The notes under the pieces are model-generated. The model did no database searches and was not told the DNA's origin. It saw only the letters and a program-made list of their open reading frames with translations. A stretch of 64,000 bases of DNA from Vicugna vicugna (taxonomy: Eukaryota): positions 8,639,425-8,703,424 of the forward strand of contig MU058636.1 of the NCBI GenBank assembly GCA_013265495.1, written 5' to 3'. Both the position numbers and the translations under genes were made by a program. This document shows, in pieces, positions 1 to 13,352 of the stretch. Position 1 is the first letter of the stretch. Every line of letters starts with the position of its first letter.

Positions 1-1129
1 GTTATGTTCTTTATAACAAATAGCATCTCCGTCATGATGTTGGTGAGGGGTGTTTTGTATTATTATTTCCCTAAGCTGTTATTTTTTCCATAAGAAATGT
101 GCCTGTGAATCTGCAGTAAATACAAAACAGAAAGGAACAGTGAGGACAGCCATCAGAGTAGGCTATGTTCTATTGATCCCTGAGCGTCATTGCAACATGT
201 TCACTTGATTATTGATTGCTAACCTCATGTGACCTCCTAAAATGATTAGCAATTACGAGAAAATTATTTGAAATCTACTTAAACAACACACTGAACTGTG
301 TATACTACAGTCATTAGCCATAGATAAGGAGGACAACTTGTTTTTGTTTCAATTTTAAAATATAAATCTGGCTTCATTCCACAAGCCTGCACTGCACTTA
401 ACATGCAATTCACTGAAGTCACAGAAACTTACAATATAAAGTTATATGATGATCGGGAATTACTTTTTAATACCTTAGTCAGAAAAACAAGAAAGTACTT
501 TTCTTTTGAAATTAGCAAGAGACAAGTGAGTGACCCAAGAAATGATAGCAGTGAAACAATCCTCCCCAATGCCTGTTTATTTATAGTAAAAATGTATCAT
601 GGAACTGGAGTTAACAATTGTTTCAGGAATTCAACTTTCAACTTATTTCTGAAAATTATTCTTCCACTTAGGAGTTGATAAGTAACATATCATGTTTCTT
701 CCAAAGCTGCTATGACTCTGACTTAGAGACAATCACAGGACAGGTATTTGGAAAATTTAGTTCTGCACATATGACACTCCTGGGATTTTCTGTGACAGTA
801 ATTATATATAGTGATACCACCATCATTAAATGATCATGGCCTTTGTTTATCTTAGGCAAATTTGAGAAATAAATTTGCATTGTCTCTCAAGTCCAAGGGA
901 CCTGTCTTCTACCTACGTAACCAGGACTTCCCCTGATTCTGCACAAGGTTCATTGAAGGCCCTTCACTGAAAGGCGTAGGTCTGCTCAGCTTGCCTTGTA
1001 GAGCAGACCCTTCTCCAGGTTGTTGTGTCCTCTGTTTCGCCATCAGTTGTAACTAGACTTTGATCCAATCCACATGGACCATGCTATCGACATAGCTTTT
1101 TACTTGCCTTAAAAAAAAAATGTTATTTT

Positions 1130-1800
1130 CTAAGTTTCCAAGTTTTCTTCAAAGACATTCATTTTAATGAATTATTACACATTTGTACAAAATACTGAAG
1201 TATTTCTCAAATCTTCAAAGTGTGGGTTGTTTTTATAGTCTTATTCCCTAGAGTAAGACTTTGTTGAAAGCCTTTGTACACGCACTTTTCTCTGTACATC
1301 TGATTATGTCCTCAGAATAGATTCTTAGAAATAGAGCCACTGTATCCAAATGCAGGAATAACTTAAAGCTCATGGTATGTCAGATATGATTTATTGAGCC
1401 CTCATCAGCATGCGGCATATATAATCTGCTTTTTACTCTTTTCTTTCTGCATTTTTGGTGACTTTCTGTTTTTTTTAAATGACATCTCAATGTAATGAGT
1501 TGTGTTATTAAGAAATATGACTTTCTCTGTATTCATTACTTATAGAGGTTTTAATGCTTTTTTCCCAATTTGATTAGTAATTGGTAATCCCTTACTATAC
1601 GTATAGTAGATACTGCTCATTTTTATTCACTGTTAACATTTTGGATAATATTATATTTTTAAAAAGATTTAGTTCTTCTATACTTTTAACTGTCAGACTT
1701 TTCCTGAATAATTTCTTTTAGTATTTTAATACTCCTAAAGCCTTTTCCCCTCCCATGTATACCGATTTGTTAGACATTTTTTGAAATAATTTTTTATGGA
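1130..1800 (-). mobile_element. Highly degraded old L1 (L1ME-like) 3' fragment
   Basis: T-rich tract with L1ME-like phrases (e.g. 'agaatagattcttagaaatagagccactgtatccaaa'); recalled similarity only. Confidence 0.45.
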
Positions 1801-1802
1801 AT

Positions 1803-1866
1803 AGCTTAGTCATTAATTTTAGGGACTCTAGACTCATGCTGCTTATGTTTGAAGTCCTAGTCTCAA
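1803..1866 (+). mobile_element. MIR SINE 5' part (continues at ~2568)
   Basis: 'gggactctagactcatgctgcttatgtttgaagtcctagtctc' resembles the MIR tRNA-derived head. Confidence 0.55.
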
Positions 1867-2562
1867 CATTCATTCAAAAAATATTTGTAGAGTCTCTATT
1901 AAATGTGAGGCACTGTGCTAGGTGCTTAGTATACATCTGTGAACAAAACCGAGAGGATCCTGGCTAGGATCTTATACTTTAGGGAAGACAAACAAAAAAA
2001 TAATAAGTTTATTATATATCATTTGACAGTGATTAAAAGAATGAAGTGTGGGGATTAGAAGTGCCTGTGGGGGCAGATGGTGATGGTGGGTTGTAATTTT
2101 AGGCAGCTTATCAGGTTAGCCTTCATTAATACGGAGACATTTGGGCAAAGAGCTGAAGGTTAGGGAGCTGGCTGTGGGGGTTAAACTGGGAGCGGTGTTT
2201 CAGGTAGAGGAGTAATCTGACTGATGCACGTTTTAAAGGATTATGCTGGCTGCTTCACTGAGCATAGACTGTAAGGAAGCAGGGTTCTGGAGGCAGGGAG
2301 ACCATTTAGGAGATTCTTGAAACAAATTAGAAAATAGGGTGTGGACCCACTTAGTTAGATCCACCTGAATTTTTCAACATGCTTGTGTGCAGGATGTGAG
2401 TCAGAAGAGTTGAGGATGGTTATGAGATTTTTGGCTTGAGTAACTAGATGACTCTAAGTAAATTATGATCTGAGATGGAGATGATAGAGGATGGCATTGT
2501 TTTTTTTAGAAAGAATGTGAAGAATTTGTGTGTGGACATGTTAAATCTGAGATGCCTATTGG
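1867..2562 (-). mobile_element. L2 LINE 3' fragment
   Basis: Starts 'cattcattcaaaaaatatttgtagagtctctattaaatgtgaggcactgtgctaggtgct' (reverse of the L2 tail) and continues with typical L2 motifs to 'tgtggacatgttaaatctgagatgcctatt'. Confidence 0.8.
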
Positions 2563-2567
2563 AACAG

Positions 2568-2745
2568 ATAAGCTGTGTGACCTTGGACAATGTTACTTAA
2601 CCTCCATCCACACTGGTTTTCTTACCCGTAGAAGAGTGAAATAATTGTTCCTACCTCATAGGATCTTATTATGAAGACCAAAGCATTTTTATTTGTAAAG
2701 CATTTACGGTAATTATCAACACAGAGTATGCAATATGTCGGTTTT
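2568..2745 (+). mobile_element. MIR SINE core/3' part
   Basis: 'agctgtgtgaccttggacaatgttacttaacctc...cctacctcatagga' MIR core. Confidence 0.8.
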
Positions 2746-3456
2746 GTCTATTAATATTAATACACTTAATCCTAACATATCTGGGAATGATTTTAGCATG
2801 CATTATTTAGTGAAGATCCATTTTTCTTTGACAAAATAGGGAACCAGAACTCTTTATTATGACTAGCAATTCATGAATTAATTCTTTCTTCCTACACTGG
2901 TTGATAAGGTAACTATCAACAGGTAATCAACAATCAATCACAACTAATTATGAACCAAATTCTTTTGCCAATCCCTCTTTCTGAGTTATCTACTTGGTTC
3001 TACCGATACCTCCATTTTTATGAATTAGCCCCTGATTGCCTTTTGTCTCATTCCTTATATTTTTTGGAGTTAGTCAGTTACTATATACCACAGCTGGAAG
3101 GCTGGTGTTGGGCAGACCTGCCATCAGTCCCCAGTGTCTATATGGGCACAGCCAGTGAAAGCCATTATCATGAGGGTGACATGACCTAATACCTGTAAAG
3201 TGTTATTAACAGGGATGAACATGGTCAACAAATGTTAGCTGATGTCCACGTTATCCGTACCCATCAATGAATGAGGCTCTGCTGCCCCTAAGATGGAATA
3301 ATTGTCTACCCGCCTGCCCTCAGCCTAGCACTCCATCACATACAGAACGTGGCGGACTCCTATCCCAAGTATGCCCTACGCATCCCCGAATGTCTGTTCT
3401 CAGCTCTAACTTGGAAACACTTTCACAGCATACAGTTCATCTTTATTAACTACACT

Positions 3457-3988
3457 TGTAACAGAGAAGAACAAACCTGACTCCATATTGGATCTATTCC
3501 CTTAGCACTAACCCTGTGCTCTGTCGCCTGTGCTGAGTCGTGGTGGCTCTGCCCCTCTGTAAAAGAATGTGGCCTAGAGCCTGAAATGTGCTTGCGAGCC
3601 CATCCTCATGGTCCTGCCTCCCAGGCTTGCCCTTTAAAGGTGCGACCCCTTGCCATTCATATAGAGACAAAAAGTTGCAGAACAGAAAAATAACATTTGT
3701 CTTGTTGGAGGTTTATAGGAACATGGTGACCAGACCTATATGACCAGCTGCAAGAACCAAGGATTTCAGCACTAAGAAGTTTGCCACAACCAGCCACGGC
3801 CCCTCCCCTTTTAGTATAAAAGAAGCCTGAATTCTAACTTGAGTAAGATGGTTCTTTGGGACACTAGACCACCACCTTCTAGGTCTGCTGGTTTTCTGAG
3901 TGAAGTTGCTATTCTTTGCCTCAGTACCTCGCCTCTTGACATATTGGCCTGTTATGCGTTGAGCAATGTGAGCTTGCGCTTGGTGACA
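3457..3988 (+). mobile_element. ERV1-class solo LTR (MER34/MER41-like group)
   Basis: TG...CA termini (tgtaacag...tggtgaca); TATAAA at 3815-3820; flanks CACT/TGCT compatible with a decayed 4-bp TSD. Confidence 0.85.
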
Positions 3989-4821
3989 TGCTCTTCCACA
4001 AGCCCTGCTAAGTTATGTTCTGGAGATTGCAGTCTTTTCCTAGATCTAGAATGGAAGTAAGTACCACGGGGGGGGCCCAAGAGAAACATTTTGACTGTCT
4101 CAAGAAGCAGGAGTAGACTTGCAGAAGGCCACTAATGGAGACTAAAGGTACCTAATGTACGCAATGCGTACTAATTAAAAAAAAGGAGACCATGAGCTCT
4201 GGCTAAAGGATCTTCCTCCTGGTTTCAGGAGGATAGCTTTGCACAATCCCTGAAGCAAAGCATTGGTACACCATCCATTTTGTTGTACAATTTGTGTTCT
4301 GTTCTACTATTTTTGCATTTAGTGCAAATCCTTCCACTTCTGCTGACAGAGCAACAGTCAGTCCTACTTAAGTTCAATATTGTTATGAAATCTCCTTTCT
4401 GAGACATGAATTTGGGGAAAGTTAAGAGAAGTTGTAAAAGGGTGGCTAGCCAGATGCTATTTCAGGCTGGAACATTTTACCTAATCTTCAAAATCAGACC
4501 ATTCTTGAAAAAGAGAAAAAAAAGAAAACATATTGTTATTGGTTAGAAACAGTCCTTCTTACCAATTGTATGTATGGATTTATCTGGGCCATCACTGTTT
4601 TTTAATAAGGATTAAAAGTTTCTGAGGAAATAAGTGAATGTTAAATGAAATGGCTCTTACCTATGTTAAGAGTATCAAATAAAATAGTATACCAGGAAAT
4701 AGCAGTTACGTTACACTAACTCATAGCAATTACTGCTGTGTGATAACCTTTAGTCTGTAGAGACTGATCCAGATACATCACCTGATCAAATGACTTTTAA
4801 AAGAAGATGAAGTGGGCAATT

Positions 4822-5045
4822 AGCACAGTGGACAAAGACACGTGTTCTACAGCCAGACTGCCTAGAGTTGAATTCAAGCTCTAACACTTACCATTTGTAC
4901 GACTTTGGGCACATCACTCTACCACTCTACCTCAGTTTTTCATTCCTACAATGGTAAACATAATAGTACCTCCTCTGTGGGATTGGTAGAGAAATCAGTG
5001 TAAATAAATGTAAAATAATGAATGTAACTTGCTTATAGTACCTAC
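4822..5045 (+). mobile_element. MIR SINE
   Basis: 'agccagactgcctagagttgaattcaagctctaacactta...cctcagtttttcatt...aatagtacctcctc'. Confidence 0.8.
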
Positions 5046-5559
5046 CATGATCCATGTTATGTGTTGCTTTATTTTTCACTTTACCTAGAAGTATGTTCCT
5101 GTTCTGATTTTGCACAGAGGGGGAATCTATTTCCTAAAATGTTCAAAAAAATATGGTTTATTCAAGAAAGTTAAGGCTTATTTTCATGGACTTCTTGACA
5201 TGTATCAGTGCAGAACAAAGCAGAGTCAAGGTTTGCAATTTATCAGCAAATTTAAGCAGAGAAAAGAGCCAATTCAAAGAACTCAGAGCTGTAAGGGCAA
5301 TTCAGTCCTGAATTGTCTGGATTGCCTGGACTTCCAACTACACTGGAAAAGCTGGTTAACCTGTAGCAAACAGTACCAAACCAGGGGAAGTTATGTCTCA
5401 GAATGAGAGTTGAGTTCTGAGCTCAAAAAATAGCTTTGAGGTTTTAACACACAGATATACATTTGTCCTCAAACATAAGACTTTTGGGTAGCTTATCTTT
5501 TATGAGTTCTTTAGGATGCAAAGTTTTAAATTATTTCATGTTCTTTTCAAGTATTGGAT

Positions 5560-5785
5560 ATTGTGTGGTGTCTAATTGCATGGGCACTAGAGTCAGAATA
5601 TCTGGGCTCAGATCTTGCCTTTACCCCTTTCTAACCAAGTGAACTTGGCAAGAATCACTTAATCATTCTGTGACTCCAGGTCCTCATGAGGCAAATGAAC
5701 AGATTAATAGTATTTGCTTTCTGTGGTTGTTATGAACAGTAAATGTGGTGGTATTTATAAGGCACAAAGTAAGAATTCAATAAAC
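5560..5785 (+). mobile_element. MIR SINE
   Basis: 'agagtcagaatatctgggctcagatcttgcc...gtgaacttggcaagaatcacttaatc' to 'tcaataaa' tail. Confidence 0.7.
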
Positions 5786-6317
5786 ATAGTGAATTTTATT
5801 CCTTCTTTTCTATCCCTGAAACTTATTTTAAGAGCTTACAAAAAGAACAATACACAAAACATAGTATGTAAGACCTAAAACTATAGTTTTTGTGTGAGTA
5901 CAAATTGTCTTTGAAGTGAAGACAGCCAATGAAAGCATGATCAGCTCTACTTAAGAAATGAGCAGAAGCATTTTTTTCTGTAACATATGATGAAGATACG
6001 GAGTTCAATTGTTCATAGTGCTCAAAAGCAAACACTGGTGATTTGTCATTGAAGCCAACACTGGTATCTGGCTTGGTAATTTGTGTGTGTATCAACCTTG
6101 CTTCCCGAATGGAATATGGGATTCCTCATTTGTTTTATTCTTTCTGATTCAACAGCAGTGGAATTCCATTATACATGCTGACAATTATATACGCCATCAA
6201 AGAAGGATATCCCTTTCTTAACATGCTAATCATGGCACAAACTTCTCTGGTTTCCATTCTTCAAGGAACTCAAATTTCTTTTATTGAGGTTTTCACAACC
6301 CTGTATGATTTCATCCC

Positions 6318-6429
6318 TTTGTAATCAGTTCATCCTGGTTTTCCCAAGACAGTCTCAACTTTAGCATTTAAAGTCTTGGCCCCTGAAAACTCCTCCATCC
6401 CAGGTAAATTAGGAAAGTTGGGCACCCTA
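6318..6429. mobile_element. MER81-like hAT-Blackjack MITE
   Basis: 'catcctggttttcccaagacag...ttagcatttaaagtc...cccaggtaaattaggaaagttgggcacccta' matches the recalled MER81 layout ending CACCCTA. Confidence 0.65.
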
Positions 6430-6806
6430 CTTCTTTGTTGACAATCTCAACCTTGAATAACGTTTTTTGCTTCTAAATTTGTTATGTAATATGCTTAGCA
6501 TGTTACATTCATTTGGTACTTACAGAGTTCATATTTTGTCACATGTAAAGGGTTTTGCCACTTTGGTAGATTTTAATTTCTCAAGGAAGCAACACAATAT
6601 ATGTAGATTTGACATGAAGCCAATGTACCTGTGTTCAGATACTGCTGATTCTTTGAAATAATTACTACATTTGTATTGCATTTCTTTGACTTTTTAAAAT
6701 TGTATTGTATTTCTTCTGACTCTTTAACTGGTGAGCTCTAAGCATCATGACCTGCATCGATCGAGGTTCTTTAAGATTAATTTGCATTTCCTAGGTACTA
6801 CTTTTC

Positions 6807-7476
6807 AACAGTATGAAGATTCCTCAAAAACCTAAAAATAGACCTACCATATAATCCAGCAATCCCACTCCTGGGCATATATCCAGAGGGAACTCTAATT
6901 CAAAAAGATACATGCACTCCAATGTTCATAGCAGCAATATATACAATAGCCAAAACATGGAAACCACCTAAATGTCTATCAACAGATGACTGGATAAAGA
7001 AGCTGTGGTATATTTATGCAATGGAATACTACTCAGCCATAAAAAGAATAATGCCATGTGCAGCAACATGGATGGACCTGGAGATTGTCATTCTAAGTGA
7101 AGTAAGCCAGACAGAGAAAGAAAAATACCATATGATATAACATATGTGGAATCTTAAAAAAAAAAAAAGACAAATGAACTTATTTACAAAACAGAAACAG
7201 ACTCACAGACATAGAAAACAAACATGGTTACCAAGATGGAAAGGGTGTGGGAAGAGATAAATTGGAAGCTCAAGATTTGCAGATACTAACAACTATACAG
7301 GAAATAGATAAACAACTAGTTTCCTTTGTATAACACAGGGAACTATATTCAATATTTTGTAGTAACCTATAGTGAAAAAGAATATGACAATGTATGTATG
7401 TGTATCACTGAACTATTATGCTGCACACCAGAAATTGACACAACATTGTAAATTGACTATACTTCAATTAAAAAAA
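6807..7476 (+). mobile_element. 5'-truncated lineage L1 (ORF2 C-terminus, 3'UTR, A tail)
   Basis: ORF 6922-7140 (MFIAAIYTIAKTWKPPKC...WYIYAMEYYSAIK) is the L1 ORF2 C-terminus; ends 'gactatacttcaattaaaaaaa'. Confidence 0.95.
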
Positions 7477-7783
7477 TCATTAATTGAAATGAGATTAAGA
7501 AAACTCCCAATCCTGCCACTGCATAATGTGAAAAGCTACTTAAGGACTCTGAGGAGGGTTACTGTTTGCTTTATGAGTTATAAACTGAAGGATGCCAATG
7601 AAAGTAACACAAAGATTCAGTTGAATTACATGGTACCTGTAATTGTGCTGACAGCCAAGTTAAATGCCAAGGTAGCTGCTTTCTGGCTGGTGGTAGTGCC
7701 GGTTATTTTTATTGCACCCATCTTCATATTTCTTTTGGGAGAAAATACAGCAGCTATTAGTTGCTGCTAAGGACAAAATACTT

Positions 7784-7847
7784 AGAGAAGAAGAGAGAGG
7801 GAGAGAGGGGAGGGAGGGGCGGGGGGATGAGGGGAAGGGAAGGAAGA
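7784..7847 (+). repeat. Polypurine G-rich tract (G-quadruplex potential)
   Basis: Seven runs of three or more G between 7799 and 7839. Confidence 0.8.
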
Positions 7848-9584
7848 CCTGTATTTCGACATCTGAGAAATAGTTTACCCTCCCTAGTATGTCAAGCTCC
7901 CTCATGTTTAAGAACATAAAAGATAAAAATATACTTCCATGTTTTACCGAATTGATGCATTTTATTATTCTTTGACCATGCAATGATGGTTTCAGATCAA
8001 TGGTGTCATTTTTCTGCCAGAGGTCCCTTGAATTAAATTCAAGTTGGCTGCTGTAAGCATGGCCTCTGCCATGTCTCTTGTCACACACTGATGCCAGAAG
8101 TGCTTGTGGTTGAGATGTAAATTTTTGATGTAGTGGAATATAACAAGGCACCTCGGCATCTCTAGAAAGGGAAATGTTATGTTGACTTTCACCCTCCCCC
8201 CACTGCTTGTTTCTTTTGGAGTATCTTTTCCCTTTAGGAGAAACTGTAAATTCGGTTGCATGTGTGAAAAGCAGACTTTTGCTAGTTCTGTTTAGAGGGG
8301 GGTGGAGTGTGTGTCTGAAGAGCCAAAAGAGTTGTTTTTTTCAAAAGGAGAACCTGTGTCCTTCTCAAGGTGGACTTAATGCTACCCATAGTTGTGCATT
8401 AGCATGTTGTGATTATTTTTACTGTTGAAATATTTTAAGTTTCAGGAAAATTACTGATTTTCTAAAGAATGTAAGCACTTATTAGAGAACTACAAAAATA
8501 TATTTGTAAAGATAACATGACCTTATTTCTGTTAAGTCATTGGTGTGGACAAAGTTTGGTTTACACCACATACAATAAAACCATGAGTTTATTTAGCAAA
8601 CATGGCTAAATTTGACAAACCTCAGGTGTCTCATTGGTAACTTGAAAGTAACAGTATCGTGCATGATAATCTCACAATGTTTTGATCATATAACTGAAAC
8701 ATTCTTACAAAATACATAGAGCTATATCATAACTATCCATCTACCCTACATTGAAATAATTTTACATCTCATTTAGGCACACGAATACTATACCGAACTA
8801 TACTAAACGTTATTTCAAGGATATAAATCATATGCAGTAGAACTAGTTTCAAAGGTGTTTATGATAAAAAAAATTCTATGTATAGGAAAAAGCTTGTTTT
8901 TTGGATGGAGTGACTTATTTTTATAGGGTTACTATTAATATTAATTCTTATTCATGAAAGAGGAAGCAGATGATTGATATTCAGTAGATAAAGATTTAGG
9001 AACATCTATTTAATGAATTATGTGATGGATGCGAGTGGATGATTCAAATAATAATGGTTTATGTAGAGATCAATGCAACAGAGTGTGAAATAACGAGAAT
9101 TTAGTAAACAGCTGCTACCTGGAGAATTTCTGTTGCTCACGTGAAAAGCAAATGTGCTTCCTTGAGTCATAGACCCCAGTAAGAAAAGATAGGGTTAAAT
9201 TGCTCGTCTGGAGAACTAAAAGCAACACACCTGAGCAGCTCCAACAACAACAATCGTATGTAAATGTGACATTAGTGTCAGGCATGCCAGCCGTGCAGTT
9301 TGATCACTTGGCTATTAACGACTGTGCACAGCGCATGTGACTCGTGCTCTGCACCAAACTCCAGAATCCCTTTCTTCAGTTTGATGACTTTCAGTGCCCC
9401 TTCCCAGTGTGACCCAAAACTCTACCCTTCTTAGCTCTGAGATGCCTTTTTGCAAATAAAATCAAAATACAGAGATAAATACTATGAAAATGCGTTTGAT
9501 ATTTAGGATTTGTTAAGATGACATAGATGCCTTCTGTTGCCTTTTCTCCCACTAGAATCATAGTTTTTCAGGAGTTCTTTGGAA

Positions 9585-9637
9585 ATATATACATACACAT
9601 ATATATGTGTGTATATATATATATATATACACACACA
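9585..9637. repeat. (TA)n/(CA)n compound microsatellite
   Basis: Direct inspection. Confidence 0.85.
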
Positions 9638-10714
9638 TGATCTCAGTCAAGCAGAATAATTCCTAATGGAGAGTTACTGAATCGGATTATGGAATATAGA
9701 TATACAAATCTTTTAATTTTCACACTAAGTGTAAAAGGTTCTTGTAGGTGGAAACTGGTAAGGAACAGTGCCGTAGATTGAAAGTAATACCAGGAAAAGA
9801 GAGATCACTGCTTAGTCATTTAGTACAAATTATACCCTCAGATGCCAAAAGCTGGTCAAGAGAAAGTGAATTCAGTTTTAAGAATTAAAGTTATGACGAT
9901 TCCATAAATGAGTAATTTGATTTTAAAATTCTCTGGCATTATTTATACATACATTTTTGTATGCTTGGCTCTCTTGCAAGATAGTTCTTGAGTAATGGGG
10001 CTCAGTTTTATAATTTGAGAAGTTCAGATCAGGTCATTATTATTGGAGCCAATCAATCATTGATTTTTAAGGTTGAATATGACAAAATGTTAATGACAAA
10101 CAAAAAATGTTTCTTAATTAATTAACACTGAAAGCAAGCAGTGGGGTGGCTGACGTGACAACTGATTCAATAGGCCTATAGGTGGTGCTGTGGAGGAAAT
10201 TTATGTTCTACACCTCTATGTCCAGACACCACATTTCCATACTGACACGAAAAGGCGGTAGATATTATTGAGTTTAAAAAATGATCAGCTAGAAAAGCCA
10301 GAGGATATTTAATTCCATCTCTAGGTTTTACAGGGGGAGGATCTGAGAAGAAATAAGTCCCCCAAGGACATATAATAAAACTGGTTAGCCCACTTGCCAA
10401 TGCTATAAAATGGAGAAAAAAAGCAGGTGGCAAATGATGAGCGGAAAGGCATATGTGAGACTAAGTAGCAAAAACAGGGTCAGTTGGTTAGTTACTGGTG
10501 TGAAATACTAGGTCACAAAATAGAATTAATAAAAGGAAAATGTGGAAATTACTGAGATGCAGAGAACCAGTCTGAGGAGTTCTGTATTTGCCATCCTTTT
10601 AAGGTGATTCAATGCATTTCCTTTTTGTTAATTGGCTTATCTGAGTTTTGTCTTCTGTTAAAACAGTTTGAATTGGGATCTGGTCACTTAACAAAGTCCT
10701 GATTAACCGAAAGA

Positions 10715-10900
10715 CAAAGGTGTAGCAGTACAAAGAGTGTGAGGACTTCAAATCTCACTAGAATATCAGATCCACCACTTTTTGACTTGAGATCTTGGAA
10801 AAGTGACTCATTCTGTCTTAATGTCGGTCATTTATTAGTAAAATGGGGATGCTAAATTTTGTCTCATAGACTTTCTGGAAAAATCAAATGTGATTCAAAG
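10715..10900 (+). mobile_element. MIR SINE (degraded)
   Basis: 'tcttggaaaagtgactcattctgtc...tagtaaaatggggatgcta'. Confidence 0.6.
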
Positions 10901-12974
10901 GAGGAAGGGAATATCTAATCTTTCTGAACTGATCTGGAAAGTCATTATGTCAGAAAACTGAGCTAGAAAAGGAGGTACAGTGGGGAAACGAAGAAAGAGT
11001 GGATTGATGGTTAAGATGCTCCTGGCTACCTTGATGAGGATGCTTCATGGTGTGACATCATTGGTGCCCTCAATGGTTACTCTTTGGAATAGGAAGCCCC
11101 CTGCCCAGAGGAACTGTCTCTACAATTCTCTCTCACGGAAGTGCAGACCTGTTTGCTCTTGAATAATCCAACACTCTTCTTCTTTCCCTTAATTCTTCCC
11201 AGTCTTTTAAATCAACAAATCTATAATACCATCTTCTCAATCACTTTATTACTTTTTGCAGGCTTTGCAGATCTTTCTGTTCTTTAAGAGAATGAGCACT
11301 CGAAATCCATTTTACGACTCTTAAAAGAAAGCTTGACTCTTCCTTTTGTTTCTTTTGTATTTTGATTCACAGCATTTGGTGACATTTAATGTAGAATATT
11401 TAAAAAATTTTTTTTCTATTTTATTTAAAGAAGGCTTTTCTTTGGTTACTGTTATCAATGATTTTGATTAGACTGAATACCCAAAGTGAATGAAGTGGGT
11501 GGGTGTTTGCTGTGTGGTTCTGGATAGAAGCAAGAAATGAGATATTAGTCACTAGGACAAGTGACACCCGTGACACGTAGGAACGGCATTTCACCTATCA
11601 TATTATTTCATTGTTGATGGTTTAAAGACTGCAGTAAAGGAGAACGCAGAGTGATCACACAGTTTCCTCCGAGTCGCCTGTGTCTGAGCTTAGCTATCCT
11701 TTCTGTTTACCTAAGACTTCTGAGAAGAGGCAACTGTTCTGCCTGCTTAGTCCGATTATGTGCGAAAGGGCAACAAGAATAGAGGAAGAGGGATGGAACA
11801 AGGCTGCTAATGGGCCTCCCTCCATCAAGTTTCATTGCTTTTCCTCTTTTTCAGCTTTTCACTTTCAGCGCCTTCTGTCCTGATGTACAGCAACAGTGGA
11901 TACAATGTGAAACCAAATGTGAGTAATAAGGAAGCGTGCTAAGATGAGCCCAAGGTTGCATTTCTAAAATGAAACCTTTTAGATGAATTCTTTCACATCG
12001 CATCACTTTCTCAACTACTACTTGTTTGTGTAGAACTTATATAAGGAGAACTTAATCAGAAAAGCAAGAAACCTCTAAAAGCTAGGGAGGAAGGATTTTG
12101 ACGAATCAGAAAATGTCTGCGTTTGGGTAACAGCAGCAGAAGAATTTTCTATACTCTAAAATGAGTTACTTGTTGAACAGAATACTGGCCAAGGGCAGGT
12201 TTCCACAGGCAAAAAAAGCATGTGCCCCAAATCACGATAAAATGTTGAAATATGTCATTGTAGCTTATACTCAATAGCTGAAACTGGAAATCTGTCGATC
12301 TCAAGTGAGTTTGGACTTGTTTTTCATACTGTTTAAATACCGTCTCTATGTTGTTAAGCCGTCTATAGGATATTTTGATGATGACGATGATAATGATGAT
12401 TTGCCTAATAGTGTAACTAATCTCAATTTTAAGTTTCTTGTCTCAGAGGGTATTATTTCCTATTTTTCTCCCTCAGTACCAAGACTGAATACAAAAAGAA
12501 AACCCAGCAAAACAACAAATAGAGCTCAAAGAGAATAAAAAATATGAATAGTTTTGACGAGGAAACTAAAACAGAAAGAAGAGTTCAATGTCTCAAAGTC
12601 ACATTACTTGTTAGTAATATAATCTGGGGCTTTTGATACCTAATCATTTGCTTAACGATCAGTAATTACTGATAAATAATGCTAATCTCAATGGTCTTTA
12701 TATCTGGAGAAAAAAAAAAAACCTTCCCCCCTTGTGACCTGCTGAATAGTCAGTCAGATTTCTGCAAACTCGTATCCCAGTTCTAGGATGTTAAGAAAAG
12801 TCTTTTTTTTTTAACAAAAAGATATTTATTTCAGTTTAGAAGCAGATGAGTCATACTTCTGGAAGGACTTTCTCAACTAAACAGCTCCAGTCCTTCCCAG
12901 TATAAGGCCATGCTTTTATATGGAATGACTCAGTAGGATTTATCAATGTTTAAAATTCTATGAGGCTATTTTGC

Positions 12975-13160
12975 ATATATTGTACATGCATTATCTAAAC
13001 TAAGACTACCCCTGCAGGATTAATATTTCCATTCTCGCTTTACAGACAATTCGGACAACTGAGGCTCAGAGAACTTAGGGAACAGTTTGGGATCCCAAGG
13101 CAGTACCACAGAGTCATTCAGTGCCCAATGCAGATTTTCTGATTTCAAGGCTCCGTTCCC
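12975..13160 (-). mobile_element. MIR SINE
   Basis: 'tttacagacaattcggacaactgaggctcagaga' reverse MIR core. Confidence 0.6.
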
Positions 13161-13189
13161 CTGTGCTACTTCCATAAAGAAGAGTGAAT

Positions 13190-13352
13190 CTCAATCCTGC
13201 CCATGTATTAGGATCACTTGAGGAGCTTAAAAAATATATACTCCTGGCAAGACTCTACCTACAACTGATTCATTTGGAATCTCTGTTGGTGAAGCCTGGG
13301 CACAAAGCTTGACAGGTGATGCCAGTGTGCACCCAGGTGTGTGAACCTTTGT
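13190..13352. mobile_element. MER5A-like DNA transposon
   Basis: 'ggatcacttgaggagcttaaaaaatatatactcctgg...caggtgatgccagtgtgcacccaggtgtgtgaacc'. Confidence 0.65.

Noticed and set aside
6922..7140. 72-aa ORF as a host gene
   Set aside because: It is the L1 ORF2 C-terminus within a 5'-truncated L1
7372..8151. 132-aa (+) and 163-aa (-) ORFs, the former with a hydrophobic tail
   Set aside because: Non-ATG starts; they run through L1 3'UTR or the purine tract; no recognisable protein family
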